DNA of 56,040 bases from a virus. Taxonomy: Duplodnaviria > Caudoviricetes. The stretch covers positions 1-56,040 of the IMG/VR virus record IMGVR_UViG_3300042294_002897; one strand, given 5' to 3'. Each line of letters begins with the position of its first letter. Position 1 is the stretch's first letter. Made by a program: the position numbers and the translations under genes. Positions 45,195 through 56,040 of this stretch are shown one piece after another. The notes under the pieces are model-generated. The model did no database searches. It saw nothing but the letters and a program-made list of their open reading frames with translations, and had not been told where the DNA came from.

Positions 45195-48053
45195 TTAATT
45201 TCTGTTTTGGTTAATAGATTGAAGTATATTTTCGAGAGCATCACCTTCAAATAACATTGTATCGCCCATTACTGTGTTAATAATTCTTTTTTTCTTATCC
45301 AAAATATCATATATGATACCCTCGATTGTGTTTTCAAAAATTGGATAATAGACAACTACATTATTTTTTTGACCATAACGATATGCTCTATCTTCTGCTT
45401 GGGAATGGTCTGATGGAAGAAAGGATAGATCATTCATAATTACAGTTTCTGCTGCGGTGAGTGTAAGACCCACCCCTGCGGCTTTAATGTTACCCACGAA
45501 TACTTTAACCTTTTCATCGGTTTGGAATTTATCAACAGCATCTTGCCTTTCGCCTTTAGGAGTTGATCCGTCAAGTTTTACTGCTATCTTCTTGAAGTGT
45601 GAGTAGATAGTGTTAAGTGATTCTGTAAAATTGCAAAAAATGATCACTTTTTTATCTTGGTCTAAAATATTTTCACAAAGTTCTATGGTTTGAGAAACCT
45701 TTTCGTTGGCGATAATTTGTCTAACCTTTGCGATTTTGGAAAATTGCATAGTTAAAGAATTTGACTCACCACCCTTATCATACCATTCGTAGTATTCCCC
45801 CATAACTTCTTCGTATTCCCGAGATTTCAATCGCATATAAATTGGAGAAATTATTTTTTCAGGTAAGTCTAGTACGTCGTTTTTTAATCTTCGTAACACA
45901 AAGGGTTTTGTTCTTTCGTAAAGTTCTTCCAAATTTGACGCACCACTTACATTCCATATTTTTCTGTTACCAGCACGGAACTGATACCCATTACAATAAC
46001 GCTTGACATAAGCCATCCAATTCTGAGCAACATTGCAGTCAACTAAATTGAGTAGATTGAAATAATTTATTGGTCGAGATGTCACGGGAGTCCCTGTTAA
46101 CAACCAAGTTCTTTGTGATATTTTACTGATGTTATTTACAAGTTTGGTTCTCTGTGCTTGAACATTACAAATCGCGTGGGCTTCATCAACTATTACCAAA
46201 TCAAATTTTGCGTCACGTATTATTGATTCCGAATCTTTTTCTAATGCGTGGAAATTTTTCAAAATATCGTAGTTGATAATAACGTAATCGGCATCCTCCC
46301 ATTTTTTACCTTCCACTATGGATATGGATCTATCAGTGTAGTTTTCGAGTTCTCGTTTCCAATTTATTTTCAATGATGCGGGACAAATAACAAGAACTTT
46401 GTTTGCATTGGATTCTATTGATGCGACTACGGCTGTTGTTGTATTGTGAGTCACAATACAATGTTCTGCAACATACAGGTTGTCTACAGAATCTACTGAA
46501 ATACAAGTACATTCGTATTCACCTTGTTTTTCAATCTTACTAATATATCTACCTGTTTGATATTTTTGTGGTTCATTATATCTATCAGATTTTCTTTTTA
46601 ATCTGAATGGATTCATACCTTTAGGTAGTTTTATATTCAATCGGTAGGATGGTCTACATTCAATTCTTTCCCCGTTTTTTTTATAAAAACTTTTTCTCTT
46701 TCTTTTACGTACAATTCCACCCAAAGTATGAACAATTTCACACAAATCATCACAAAGTTTCTCAGATACTGTTGAAAATTCTGTACCACAAAAATTTCCA
46801 TTTTTAGATAACATACAATAGCCATCGGTGTCCATCAATCCTTGGAGTATTGCAAGACGATTATTTACAGACGTATATTTGTATATGTCAGGTATAAATT
46901 TATTATGTGAACGAGTATGAGATAGTGATAGATTTTTTAATGGTTCACCGATAGAAATGGAACAGGTTCGTTTATTATCGTATTGTTTATTTTCTTTAAT
47001 CTTAAAATCACCAAATAATTCATCGAAATCATCTCGATGAGTTTCGAACCTACATGAAATACTTTGGATATGACCGTCCCCTAAAATTAGACCTAATAGA
47101 TATGGGTCTATTGGTAGTTCCTCGTTATTTTCAAACTCAATTGGTTCTACTATGGGTATTTGCCATTTGTTAGCCCCGTTAGACCCTCGATAGTGAGTGT
47201 TTATTGAGTATGTTCTAAAATTATTGTATCCACGACCTTGATCTTGTATAATATGATTTTCATACATTTGTTTTGTGGATAATGTAAGAGTTTTCTTCAA
47301 CCTATTATTATTAGAGTTTTTACCATGGTTAGAAGAAGATACTGACCAAAGATGTGACTCATCGGTAAAGATAAAAAATCCATCGTTGAACGTAACTTTA
47401 TATGTCTCTCGTATACCCTGAGGAAACACACCAATCACATTAATTGGTTTTCCGTTTGAGCCAATTACTTTATCACCAATCATAATATCACCCATTTTTT
47501 TAGTCCCATTTGGAGTGTATATCAAAGTTTGGTTTGACAACGCTTTACCGAGTCCCAAATCATCCGCTAAAATATACTTTTTGTTTTCACACAAAGTTTT
47601 TACACCTTCTTTTTGATGTTCAAGTAATGGTCGATGTGAGTATTTCTCAAAATCAATTTCTACGTTTTTGATTTTATTATCTTTAATTACCGCGGCTTTT
47701 GGTATCCAAATATCATGTAAACCCTGATTTTCAAAATAATATCCCCACACGTGATAAGCGGTGTCTTTTTCAACTAAAAGTTTTTCTATCCAAATTTGTG
47801 TCGGTACTTCTATAAACATTTTTTCATTTGCAATTTTACTCGCAAAATATGTGTCCAATTGTACCCATTTTTTTGCAACCTTTGGTTCTCTTTTGTGATA
47901 TTTAATCACATATTCGGTTTGAGTTGCGTTAGGAAAAAATTTAGGATTTGAATCCCTTTTGTGTTTTAATTTAAGAATAAAGTTGTTCGCACCTTCATAA
48001 CGATCTATAATATCTAAGGCTTGATTTTCTCTTGCGTTTAATTGACTATCCAA
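45195..48053 (-). CDS. SNF2-family helicase (SMARCAL1/HARP-like), intein-containing
   Basis: ILADDLGLGK/T; CPASLK.NW; DEAH; LTGTP; LRR.K; G.GL.L..A; QAEDRAYR.GQ. 585 aa after splicing. Confidence 0.92.
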   Translation of the reverse strand: MDSQLNARENQALDIIDRYEGANNFILKLKHKRDSNPKFFPNATQTEYVIKYHKREPKVAKKWVQLDTYFASKIANEKMFIEVPTQIWIEKLLVEKDTAYHVWGYYFENQGLHDIWIPKAAVIKDNKIKNVEIDFEKYSHRPLLEHQKEGVKTLCENKKYILADDLGLGKALSNQTLIYTPNGTKKMGDIMIGDKVIGSNGKPINVIGVFPQGIRETYKVTFNDGFFIFTDESHLWSVSSSNHGKNSNNNRLKKTLTLSTKQMYENHIIQDQGRGYNNFRTYSINTHYRGSNGANKWQIPIVEPIEFENNEELPIDPYLLGLILGDGHIQSISCRFETHRDDFDELFGDFKIKENKQYDNKRTCSISIGEPLKNLSLSHTRSHNKFIPDIYKYTSVNNRLAILQGLMDTDGYCMLSKNGNFCGTEFSTVSEKLCDDLCEIVHTLGGIVRKRKRKSFYKKNGERIECRPSYRLNIKLPKGMNPFRLKRKSDRYNEPQKYQTGRYISKIEKQGEYECTCISVDSVDNLYVAEHCIVTHNTTTAVVASIESNANKVLVICPASLKINWKRELENYTDRSISIVEGKKWEDADYVIINYDILKNFHALEKDSESIIRDAKFDLVIVDEAHAICNVQAQRTKLVNNISKISQRTWLLTGTPVTSRPINYFNLLNLVDCNVAQNWMAYVKRYCNGYQFRAGNRKIWNVSGASNLEELYERTKPFVLRRLKNDVLDLPEKIISPIYMRLKSREYEEVMGEYYEWYDKGGESNSLTMQFSKIAKVRQIIANEKVSQTIELCENILDQDKKVIIFCNFTESLNTIYSHFKKIAVKLDGSTPKGERQDAVDKFQTDEKVKVFVGNIKAAGVGLTLTAAETVIMNDLSFLPSDHSQAEDRAYRYGQKNNVVVYYPIFENTIEGIIYDILDKKKRIINTVMGDTMLFEGDALENILQSINQNRN
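46443..47543 (-). mobile_element. Intein (367 aa, Ala-1, class 3 WCT type) with LAGLIDADG homing endonuclease
   Basis: Inserted in Walker A, GK|ALSNQT...VTHN|T. Block B TDESHLW, block F CTCISV. LGLILGDG and LQGLMDTDG motifs. Confidence 0.92.
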
Positions 48054-48087
48054 AACAAAAATAAATTAAATATAATAATATTATGAA

Positions 48088-48094
48088 TATTTAT
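48088..48094 (+). promoter_or_regulatory. TATTTAT late-gene motif
   Basis: 8 nt before ATG 48103 of the neck/tail-completion genes. Confidence 0.55.
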
Positions 48095-48102
48095 CAAGAA
48101 GT

Positions 48103-48618
48103 ATGGCACAAAATCAAGTTCCAATCACAAGATTAGGTAAATTTTTCGGTCAGGAAGATTTCGATTTGGATGTTAGTATGGGTCGTGAATGGCTCGATGG
48201 TGATATGAATTTCACCATTGTTGTCTATCGTGTAAACAAACAAAAAACAAATCAAGACGATGTTTATGGCGAGGCGGTACCTCAATCCATAGAGTTTTTA
48301 CCACCAATATCAGTAAACGCTTATTTGCAAATTATGCAACCGGATATGGCTTTCTTGGGTAATTCCAAAGTTATACAAAATGAACCGGGTAATATCAGAT
48401 TCGCTATCTACCAAAAAGATTTGGACGACCTACAAGTTTCCATTAGTTTGGGTGATTACATCGGTTATTGGATTACCGAAAATCAAGTAAGATATTATTC
48501 AGTTGTTGATAAGGGGGTACCCAATTATGACAACAAACATACCTATGCTGGATATAAACCTTTTTATGTCAGTTACATTGCAACACCAGTAACTGCTAAC
48601 GAATTTATGGGGATTTAA
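48103..48618 (+). CDS. Head closure/neck protein (T4 gp14-like)
   Basis: Y.V....T..D.VYGEA....F..P; GD.I. Adjacent to the gp15-like gene. Confidence 0.55.
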   Translation: MAQNQVPITRLGKFFGQEDFDLDVSMGREWLDGDMNFTIVVYRVNKQKTNQDDVYGEAVPQSIEFLPPISVNAYLQIMQPDMAFLGNSKVIQNEPGNIRFAIYQKDLDDLQVSISLGDYIGYWITENQVRYYSVVDKGVPNYDNKHTYAGYKPFYVSYIATPVTANEFMGI

Positions 48619-48620
48619 TT

Positions 48621-49679
48621 ATGGCTTTACCCAAAAAAGTAATACCAAATATTAATTTAGTTCCTCCAAAGATATTATTGGAGCGAAGAGAACAATTGTT
48701 GGAGGATATCACAAACGATGGTACTTACCTTCCAAAGAATTTAGATTATGCTGATTTAGATAGGGGGTTTTTGGATTTTGTAAAAAACGAGTTAAAAACA
48801 ATTGTTGATGGTAAGATTATACCTACTGTTGACATTCTTATCACCACGCAAAATTGGGCTCAATTTACACAGACGTGGTCTTTTCAAGATTTGAATGGTA
48901 ACACAGAACCACCCTTTATTACTGTTGTTAGAGTTCCTGAAGTTAAATATGGTACAAATCCAGCAACACTTTATAATATCCCAAATCAAAAAGAATTTTT
49001 TTATGCTGCGGTACCAACTTGGAATGGTAACATAAAGGGATTAGACATTTATAAAATCCCCCAACCTGTACCCGTTGATATTTCTTTCAACGTTAAAATA
49101 ATTTGTAATCGTATGAGAGAACTCAACGAGTTCAATAAAAATGTAATTCAAACTTTTGCGTCTCGTCAAGCTTACACAAAAGTTAACGGTCATTTTATTC
49201 CGATTATAAACTCAAACATTTCTGATGAATCTGTAACTCAAATTGACAAACGTAGGTTTTACATTCAGAATTACGATTTCACTATGTTAGGGTTTCTATT
49301 AGATCAAGACAAATTCGAGGTGGCCCCTGCGGTATCTAGAGTATTGAATGTTTTTGAAACAAATTTTAAAACTTCAAATAAAAAAAATAAAATTTACCCT
49401 GAAAATGAAAATAATTTTGAGGGTATTATAATATTTGACATATCTATAGAAGAAAGAATAATTTTTTCTGATTTTTTAGGAATTATGAATATAATTTCAA
49501 CTGATAATATTGAAAATTATGAAATTTATGTAAAAATAAAGAATGAAAATTCATTCGATTATTACGGTTATGATTCCGATAAATTATTTATTAACAATGG
49601 AGATGAAATCAAATTTGTAATAAAAAAAACTAATTTGCAAAAAATTTCTAAAATAATTTACACAATTTCTTTACAATGA
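48621..49679 (+). CDS. Tail terminator/sheath stabiliser (T4 gp15-like)
   Basis: DLD..F; P.I.V.R; P.PVDI...V.I......N; F...GF. Confidence 0.55.
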   Translation: MALPKKVIPNINLVPPKILLERREQLLEDITNDGTYLPKNLDYADLDRGFLDFVKNELKTIVDGKIIPTVDILITTQNWAQFTQTWSFQDLNGNTEPPFITVVRVPEVKYGTNPATLYNIPNQKEFFYAAVPTWNGNIKGLDIYKIPQPVPVDISFNVKIICNRMRELNEFNKNVIQTFASRQAYTKVNGHFIPIINSNISDESVTQIDKRRFYIQNYDFTMLGFLLDQDKFEVAPAVSRVLNVFETNFKTSNKKNKIYPENENNFEGIIIFDISIEERIIFSDFLGIMNIISTDNIENYEIYVKIKNENSFDYYGYDSDKLFINNGDEIKFVIKKTNLQKISKIIYTISLQ

Positions 49680-49749
49680 TTTTTTTTCATACTTAAGTGT
49701 TTTTTTTATTCGAAAATGTATTTATGATAAAAAAATAAAGTGACACATT

Positions 49750-49823
49750 TGTTCGGATATAGTAAACATTTTATCTACAATTTTGGGATTAATAAAATTT
49801 TGTGGTTTAGACTATTCCGAACA
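49750..49823 (+). promoter_or_regulatory. Long stem-loop in the 5' leader of the giant ORF
   Basis: TGTTCGGA..ATAGT..AAAC pairs with GTTT..ACTAT..TCCGAACA, with inner helices. Lies between TATTTAT (49719-49725) and ATG 49867. Confidence 0.5.
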
Positions 49824-49866
49824 CTAATGAACTTGTAAAAATAAAAAAAAATATAAAAATAATTAT

Positions 49867-52800
49867 ATGTCTTGTAAAAAATCCTCAGTAAGAAATACAC
49901 TTAGTGTAAATAGTACCATAACCTATAGAAGGTGTTCAGATGGAATGTTAATTGATCAACTTAGAATCAAACCTAATGAAGTAATAGATATTTGGTATTT
50001 AGATGGGTCTTTGTATACCGCCGACCAAGGTCAACAAATTTTTAATACTGAAAATTTCCCACCAAGTCCGACAGCAAGTGTTATAAGTAATACAGTAGAT
50101 TTTGGGGTGTACATAAACACTGGTTCAGTTACTTTTTTTTATTTAATACAAAATCAACCACTTCAACCAAGTTTTGTAACATATAATTTTACACATACTG
50201 TTGGTGTATTTTCAGGGAATTCAATTGTAATTAACGGATTTGTAGTTGTAAGACCAAACTCATCATCTGGTACAACTCAATTTACTTGTGCAACTTGTGA
50301 TATCAATAACTTAAACGGTCAAAATACAATTTCAGTAACTCCTCAAGGTCAGGTGGAACTAAATTTAGTTGTTAGACCAACAGTAAACATACGCCAAAGA
50401 CCTCCAATACCTCAAGCGGATCAAGAACGTACTCCTGATTTTCCTGTAGAACCTGAAGTTCCAGGAGATTCCCCATTACCAACACCCACCCCAACAGTAA
50501 CTCCAACTCTTACTCCAGGACTTCCATCTGTAACGCCATCACCGACACCTACAATTCCAGTAAATAATATCCCATTAGGGTTTTCATGTTATTCATATCA
50601 ATTATTATATGATGGTTCTGCAACAAACGGTTGTAATTTAGTTGCTTCTGGCGCTGGATTTACTGCTTACTATCGATCTAATTGTTCAAACCAACAATTA
50701 ACCGCTTTCACCGAAATGATTGGATGTAAATTTTACGAAAGAGACGGAAGAACTTTACTTGGTGATGGAATTATAACTGACGGTTGTCAAGTTTGGTATT
50801 TATCAGCAGGTTCGGTAGAAGGTTGGGGCGTGTGTGATAATCCGAAAAGTTGTTGTGTATTCGACCAAGTAATTCCTTATACTGAATTTTACCTTGCTAG
50901 TCAAACTACATATGTAAACCCTCAGGATGGATGTGTTAACTTTGATTGTAATGGTTCATCTCCTTTTGGTTACTCTCAAATATCGTTATCTAATCTCCAA
51001 CCAGGTGATTTTTTATATGAAAACCCTGCAGGTTCTGTATTAATCCCAAATTCTGCAGAATGGTACTCTATCTATGATCCTACGTGTAAACAATTTGTAA
51101 TCAGATTTAACACTAACGATGGTACTATAGAGGACATACAACCTTGTAATAATAGTTTGTCAACACAACCATGTACCGGATGTAGTGCTTTTACTCTTAG
51201 TACAATAAATCTTTCGGCACCTAATTGTTTAACGCCATACACACCCAACAATCCATATCATTGTGGTGCTGCTGCTAGTTATAATATTATTAATTGTAAT
51301 TTACCAGGGTTTCCGTCTAATATAGTTACAGCTAGAGATTGTGAATGTGATTATGTTCCTCCTGGTTCTAACCACGGTTGTAATTGTTGTCCATGTACTG
51401 GTGCTAATTTAACTCAAGCATCGCCTAGAAGGGTTTGTTCTGCTAAAGTTCCTACCATTACTTTTTTTAGTAGATGGGTAGGGACTGTCACACAGGTCTT
51501 TAGTGCCTCATGTGAAAGTTTACAGTTTTGTCCAACACCAACACCAACCAATACCCCAACACCGACTAATACTCCAACAATAACTCAGACCAACACACCT
51601 ACAAATACTCAAACAGTTACCAAAACTTTAACACCTACAAATACTCAAACACCAACAAATACCAAAACACCAACAAATACCAAAACACCTACAATCACAC
51701 CAACAATTACATTAACAACAACTCCTAGACAATGTTATTGTTATCGTTGGGATGTACGAAATTCCACAGATTTGTGGCAAATTGACTGGTTAGATTGTGA
51801 TTTGAATCCTCAAATGGTGAATTCGCCTTTTCCACCAACGGGTTCATTTTGTGCTGCTGGAAGTGCAGTAACATTAACTAATCTAACTCTAAGTTATACT
51901 TGTCAAGTTCCATTCAGTCCTTTTCCAAATTGTATTATTACGGGAGGTCCATCGATTGAAAATTTATGTATTCCTTCTGGATCAACATTTGTATGCCCCA
52001 ATCCAACACCCACACCAACACCAACACAGACACAAACACCAACACCAACAATCACACGAACATTAACCCCAACAATCACACCAACTGTTGGTCTTGAATG
52101 TACAAAATATACCGTAGTAAATACTATGACCGCCGTTGAATGGTGTTATTTTACTTGGTTGGATTGTGATGACAATGAGTGGAAATTTGGTTCTGCTGAT
52201 GAAAACTACACGACAGAAGTTTGTAGTGCTTGTGAACCAATTAATGTTTATGGTTGGAATACAGCCCAAAATCAAGGAGACAATGGTATCTTTGCAAGAT
52301 TTATCTGGGTGCCTAGTTCTTCGGGTGTTTGTACAAATTTAAATCGTGTATGTCACACTAATCCTACATATCCTGGTAACACTCAAGAATCAGATTGCTT
52401 CCGTTGTGTTACTTTATATTATGATGTCACACAAATCCCTAATGGTGTTACAGAACCTTGGCACATTCCTGTTTGTGATAATGATTTTTATAGTACCGCT
52501 GTAATAAATTGTACTTATAGGTATAGTATTCATCAATTAACCAATCAAAGTGCAAACACACCACAAGGTGTTTACTATAGTGCATGTACATATAATCCTT
52601 ATCAGTGGTTGGCTACACAATTACAAGGTCAAGCTTCAGGTGCAATTTGTGAAGATCCCTCCGAATTGACACCAACAATCATTCCAGCGTTTAGTGGAGT
52701 TGGAACACCTTCGACTAATTGGATTTCTTCTAGTACCAACCCAATAATCTACCCATCAGGAACTACATTATTTAATCAATTTGGAGTAGATACTTGTGGC

Positions 52801-55800
52801 TGTGGGTGTCCACCACCAATTATCATGTGTGTAACATTAAAAGATTGTTGTACTGATGAAATTAAATATACCGCTTTAACTTCGGACTATAACGCGATGT
52901 GGTTACCACTAGGGGCGACAGTACCAAGTCCACCAAATGTCGATTGTTGTTTGTACATTTCAGACATTGAGCCTATTATCATACCAAACGAAACTAATGG
53001 TGTAATCCCTATTAACTATTCATACCCACTAAATGATGGTTATGTAGATCAAATAGTATCTACAACGTTTGATTGCTATGAGTGGGAACTTAGTCAAGTT
53101 GGTGCTGGTGGCGGTGCTACGTATACGTATTTTCCATGCATATCTAGTGGATTAACATATTTAGTTGAGCAAGTTGAGGTCTTAAGTAATACAACTAAAA
53201 CGGTTTGTTCACCATTTCAACCTGAACGAATTTTAGGGTTTATAGGTAACGTTCCAACACAACTAAGAACTTGTGGTCAAACTGAATTTCCCGTATTTTG
53301 TGATGGGTGTAATACTCCAAATATAAGGGTTTCGGCTTTCGTACAAACTGGTTCTCCATTATCTATTGTATATTCTTTTAACGCTGATAAATCTTATCAA
53401 ACATTTACCGAATTAAGATTTACCCACACACTTACCGTCTTTACTGGTAATTCTATAATTGTTGACGTTGAATTAGTAGTTCCAAGTGGTACTACCTCTG
53501 GTTCGACAAAATATACTTTAGTTGATGGTAATAAAAATAATCTTGCATCAGGTTCAACGTTTTCAAACACCTCTTTTATCGGATCTTCTGGTTCTATCTC
53601 TATAAACTTAGTTGGTGATACGTATTTTGATTTTCCAACACCACAGTGGATAAATGAAGAACGAATTCCTGATATGACAATTCCTGATCCGAACGCGGAT
53701 CCTTCACCTACACCATCAAATACACCGACATTTACCCCAACACGTACAACTACAATAACACCAACTAAAACTCAAACTCCAACACTGACCCGGTCGAGTG
53801 GCGCCACACCTGAACCCACTCCGTCATTTACTCCGACTAGAACAATTCAACCTACAAGAACGGCAACCGCCACATTAACACCATCCAAAACAACAACATT
53901 AACACCAACAAAAACGTTAACTCCAACAAGAACTACAACGCCTACTAAAACACCAGCGGTAACTTCAACGCCTTTTGGACTGACAAGTTTGGGTTTATTC
54001 TACGGACTTTCTTCTAGCTTCAACATAGGCTGTGATCTTTTCTTAAGTGGAGCATCGGCAACTACTCAATATTTTGCTACAGTACAAAGTGCAAGTAATT
54101 TCTATATCTATCCGTTAGGGTATACAATTTTTACAGCATCCGGAACACCGATAGGAAGTGGTTTTATTGTTAATAGTCAAGGTTGTTCTTACGAAGTAAA
54201 TAATGGGGTAGTTGTTTCTGCATTAGCGTGTGGTGGTGGTTCTTGTTTCAGTGTACCAGTAACAACACCTACCATATCCCCAACAAAAACTACCACATTA
54301 ACCCCCACAAATACTCCTTTACCTTTCATAACGGGGTCCTGTCTTACATTAACAGCTACGACCTCACAGAACATTTCAGGAAGTAATGGAATAACTACAA
54401 ATGTTACACAATCATCGGGTAGTTCTGTGGTATTTAACACAGGAGTCTCAGTTATTTCTATTGGTATCGGAGTAACAGGCCAAAATCTGAATTTTGTAAA
54501 TTCAATAACAAATGGATCTATGATTGAGATCAGTGGACCTGGATTTTTTGAACCTTTTCCTCGTTACATTGTAAATACAAAACAATTTGCATCTAATGGA
54601 CTCGCGGTTTACTTGAATGTAATTGGTGCGGGTGGACTTTCAACTATTGTGAGTACAGGAGCGACTTTGAATTTGTGTATTGCGGGACCTGTTGTGTCAC
54701 CTTCGAATACTCCAACCGTAACCTCAACCCCATTGTCTGGATTTTCAGCATTAACAGGTTCTAGTATATTTAATGGAAGAATTTCAAATACTGGATTTAG
54801 AGAAGAGTCGGCAAGTTTAGTACAAGACGGAGGTGGTTTTCAGAATTTTTATAAGTCAAACTGTACCGATCAACAGCTTCAATCACTAGTTTTTGGTTCA
54901 TGTCAATTTTTTGATACTTTTGGTAATTTAATTAAAAATGGTTTTGTATCAGATGGAATAAACATATACGGAATTGAAGACGGTTACTATCAAGAGTATC
55001 AAAGGTCGGATTCCGCCCCATCAAATGTACCGTTTATCAACGGTTTAGTGTGGATTTCACTTTATGGTCCAGGAAATCCGTTCGGTTCTAAAGAAGAGGC
55101 TTGTTCTGATTTTTATTGTGGAGAGTACGAAGTTCAAGCTTATACACAAACAACGTTTGATTCGTTAGAAGCTGGTGATAAATTGTATTTAAACCAACAA
55201 GGAAAAGATTTGACTACCGAAGTTGGGCCTTATTACGTGTTCCACAATCCAAGTTGTCAAGTCAAAGTAATTCAATTTAGTGATACTATTGGTACTATAT
55301 CAACAATTGAAGATTGTGAATCTGAAAGTTTAGCTATTCCACCATGTTCGGCATGTACACGTATAGTAATTACCACTGCAAACCCTGCAGGACCGTGTGG
55401 TGGTTCAAGTTTAACACCATATCCAGGTGGTAATACCTTCTGTAGAGCTTCTGTATCGTATAGATTAAGAAATTGTGAAAATTCTTCCGAATTCGGTATC
55501 ATAACCGCACGTGATTGTAGTTGTAGTGGAAGTACGGCTCCTCAACAATGTTGTTCTTTGACAACTAGTGGAGCAAATTGCGGTTGTAATAACACTGAAC
55601 TCCAAACAAGTTCACCAAGGAGTGTTTGTGCCGCTACAACTCAAATTAACGGGGGGGCTAATCTAGCTCTTTCCATTGTTGCCTCATCAAGATGGGTTGG
55701 TATCGCTACGGAAATTTATGATCCTGTATGTAATGCTCTAGAAAAATGTCCATCACCGACACCAACACCGACACCAACCACAACACCAACTATAACCCAA

Positions 55801-56040
55801 ACACCTACCATAACGAATACATCCACAAACACACCAACCCCAACACTAACACGAACTCAAACACCTACAAACACACTTACAAATACACTAACAGTAACAA
55901 ATACTCAAACTAGAACAGTAACTCCTACTGAAGCGGCAACAAGTACACCAACAAATACTAGTACTTCTACTCCTACTCAAACACCTACAAATACACTAAC
56001 ACCTACTAATACACAAACACCAACAAATACACAAACAAAC
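49867..56040 (+). CDS. Giant (at least 2058 aa, 3'-truncated) Cys-rich mucin-like multidomain protein; probable fibre/decoration
   Basis: ATG 49867 ([26 protein letters not shown]). No stop in the lines I translated, and the track lists no closed ORF in this frame, so it runs off the window. Cys-rich modules alternate with TPTxT tracts. Confidence 0.85.
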   Translation, partial: MSCKKSSVRNTLSVNSTITYRRCSDGMLIDQLRIKPNEVIDIWYLDGSLYTADQGQQIFNTENFPPSPTASVISNTVDFGVYINTGSVTFFYLIQNQPLQPSFVTYNFTHTVGVFSGNSIVINGFVVVRPNSSSGTTQFTCATCDINNLNGQNTISVTPQGQVELNLVVRPTVNIRQRPPIPQADQERTPDFPVEPEVPGDSPLPTPTPTVTPTLTPGLPSVTPSPTPTIPVNNIPLGFSCYSYQLLYDGSATNGCNLVASGAGFTAYYRSNCSNQQLTAFTEMIGCKFYERDGRTLLGDGIITDGCQVWYLSAGSVEGWGVCDNPKSCCVFDQVIPYTEFYLASQTTYVNPQDGCVNFDCNGSSPFGYSQISLSNLQPGDFLYENPAGSVLIPNSAEWYSIYDPTCKQFVIRFNTNDGTIEDIQPCNNSLSTQPCTGCSAFTLSTINLSAPNCLTPYTPNNPYHCGAAASYNIINCNLPGFPSNIVTARDCECDYVPPGSNHGCNCCPCTGANLTQASPRRVCSAKVPTITFFSRWVGTVTQVFSASCESLQFCPTPTPTNTPTPTNTPTITQTNTPTNTQTVTKTLTPTNTQTPTNTKTPTNTKTPTITPTITLTTTPRQCYCYRWDVRNSTDLWQIDWLDCDLNPQMVNSPFPPTGSFCAAGSAVTLTNLTLSYTCQVPFSPFPNCIITGGPSIENLCIPSGSTFVCPNPTPTPTPTQTQTPTPTITRTLTPTITPTVGLECTKYTVVNTMTAVEWCYFTWLDCDDNEWKFGSADENYTTEVCSACEPINVYGWNTAQNQGDNGIFARFIWVPSSSGVCTNLNRVCHTNPTYPGNTQESDCFRCVTLYYDVTQIPNGVTEPWHIPVCDNDFYSTAVINCTYRYSIHQLTNQSANTPQGVYYSACTYNPYQWLATQLQGQASGAICEDPSELTPTIIPAFSGVGTPSTNWISSSTNPIIYPSGTTLFNQFGVDTCGCGCPPPIIMCVTLKDCCTDEIKYTALTSDYNAMWLPLGATVPSPPNVDCCLYISDIEPIIIPNETNGVIPINYSYPLNDGYVDQIVSTTFDCYEWELSQVGAGGGATYTYFPCISSGLTYLVEQVEVLSNTTKTVCSPFQPERILGFIGNVPTQLRTCGQTEFPVFCDGCNTPNIRVSAFVQTGSPLSIVYSFNADKSYQTFTELRFTHTLTVFTGNSIIVDVELVVPSGTTSGSTKYTLVDGNKNNLASGSTFSNTSFIGSSGSISINLVGDTYFDFPTPQWINEERIPDMTIPDPNADPSPTPSNTPTFTPTRTTTITPTKTQTPTLTRSSGATPEPTPSFTPTRTIQPTRTATATLTPSKTTTLTPTKTLTPTRTTTPTKTPAVTSTPFGLTSLGLFYGLSSSFNIGCDLFLSGASATTQYFATVQSASNFYIYPLGYTIFTASGTPIGSGFIVNSQGCSYEVNNGVVVSALACGGGSCFSVPVTTPTISPTKTTTLTPTNTPLPFITGSCLTLTATTSQNISGSNGITTNVTQSSGSSVVFNTGVSVISIGIGVTGQNLNFVNSITNGSMIEISGPGFFEPFPRYIVNTKQFASNGLAVYLNVIGAGGLSTIVSTGATLNLCIAGPVVSPSNTPTVTSTPLSGFSALTGSSIFNGRISNTGFREESASLVQDGGGFQNFYKSNCTDQQLQSLVFGSCQFFDTFGNLIKNGFVSDGINIYGIEDGYYQEYQRSDSAPSNVPFINGLVWISLYGPGNPFGSKEEACSDFYCGEYEVQAYTQTTFDSLEAGDKLYLNQQGKDLTTEVGPYYVFHNPSCQVKVIQFSDTIGTISTIEDCESESLAIPPCSACTRIVITTANPAGPCGGSSLTPYPGGNTFCRASVSYRLRNCENSSEFGIITARDCSCSGSTAPQQCCSLTTSGANCGCNNTELQTSSPRSVCAATTQINGGANLALSIVASSRWVGIATEIYDPVCNALEKCPSPTPTPTPTTTPTITQTPTITNTSTNTPTPTLTRTQTPTNTLTNTLTVTNTQTRTVTPTEAATSTPTNTSTSTPTQTPTNTLTPTNTQTPTNTQTN

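Noticed and set aside
49680-49866. tRNA in the largest intergenic gap (contains GTTCG)
   Set aside because: No cloverleaf, acceptor stem or D-arm; it folds as a single long hairpin.
52063-55502. Short ORFs listed in the last 4 kb
   Set aside because: All lie inside the giant + strand ORF, in other frames or antisense.
1-56040. Alternative genetic code (stop reassignment)
   Set aside because: TAA, TAG and TGA all end conserved genes at sensible positions, and coding density is already high under code 11.
1-56040. Eukaryotic giant virus origin suggested by mucins, GT60, PolB and SOD
   Set aside because: The T4-type portal, protease, capsid and neck genes, bS21, a sigma factor and a Bacteroidota promoter indicate a bacteriophage.

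Overview
AT-rich segment of a large T4-like (gp20/21/22/23-type head module) myovirus-like phage. The host is very likely Bacteroidota: there is a perfect TTTG-N20-TAnnTTTG promoter, a DUF4494-like gene, a Bacteroidota-type bS21 and almost no Shine-Dalgarno sites. The window holds the portal C-terminus, prohead protease, scaffold, major capsid, baseplate hub, neck and tail-completion genes, a late sigma factor, PolB, a SNF2 helicase with an Ala-1 (class 3) intein, dUTPase and MnSOD. Two large soluble glycosyltransferase clusters (about 15 GT-like domains plus methyltransferases) flank mucin-like Thr/Pro-rich, Cys-rich virion-type proteins. A related ORF of over 2,000 aa (49867 to the window end) is missing from the ORF track. 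Best leads: (1) a probable programmed ribosomal bypass (GGU-UAA-CUAAA-GGU, 11 nt, behind a long mRNA hairpin) in the first gene of the GT/late-sigma operon; (2) a putative virion O-glycosylation system (GT60-like initiating enzyme, mucin-like substrates, and a recurring [ST][GA]x[ST] motif in structural proteins); (3) a TATTTAT late-gene motif; (4) enzymes such as WYL and SOD carrying possible capsid-targeting leaders. All calls come from reading motifs by eye; no searches were run.
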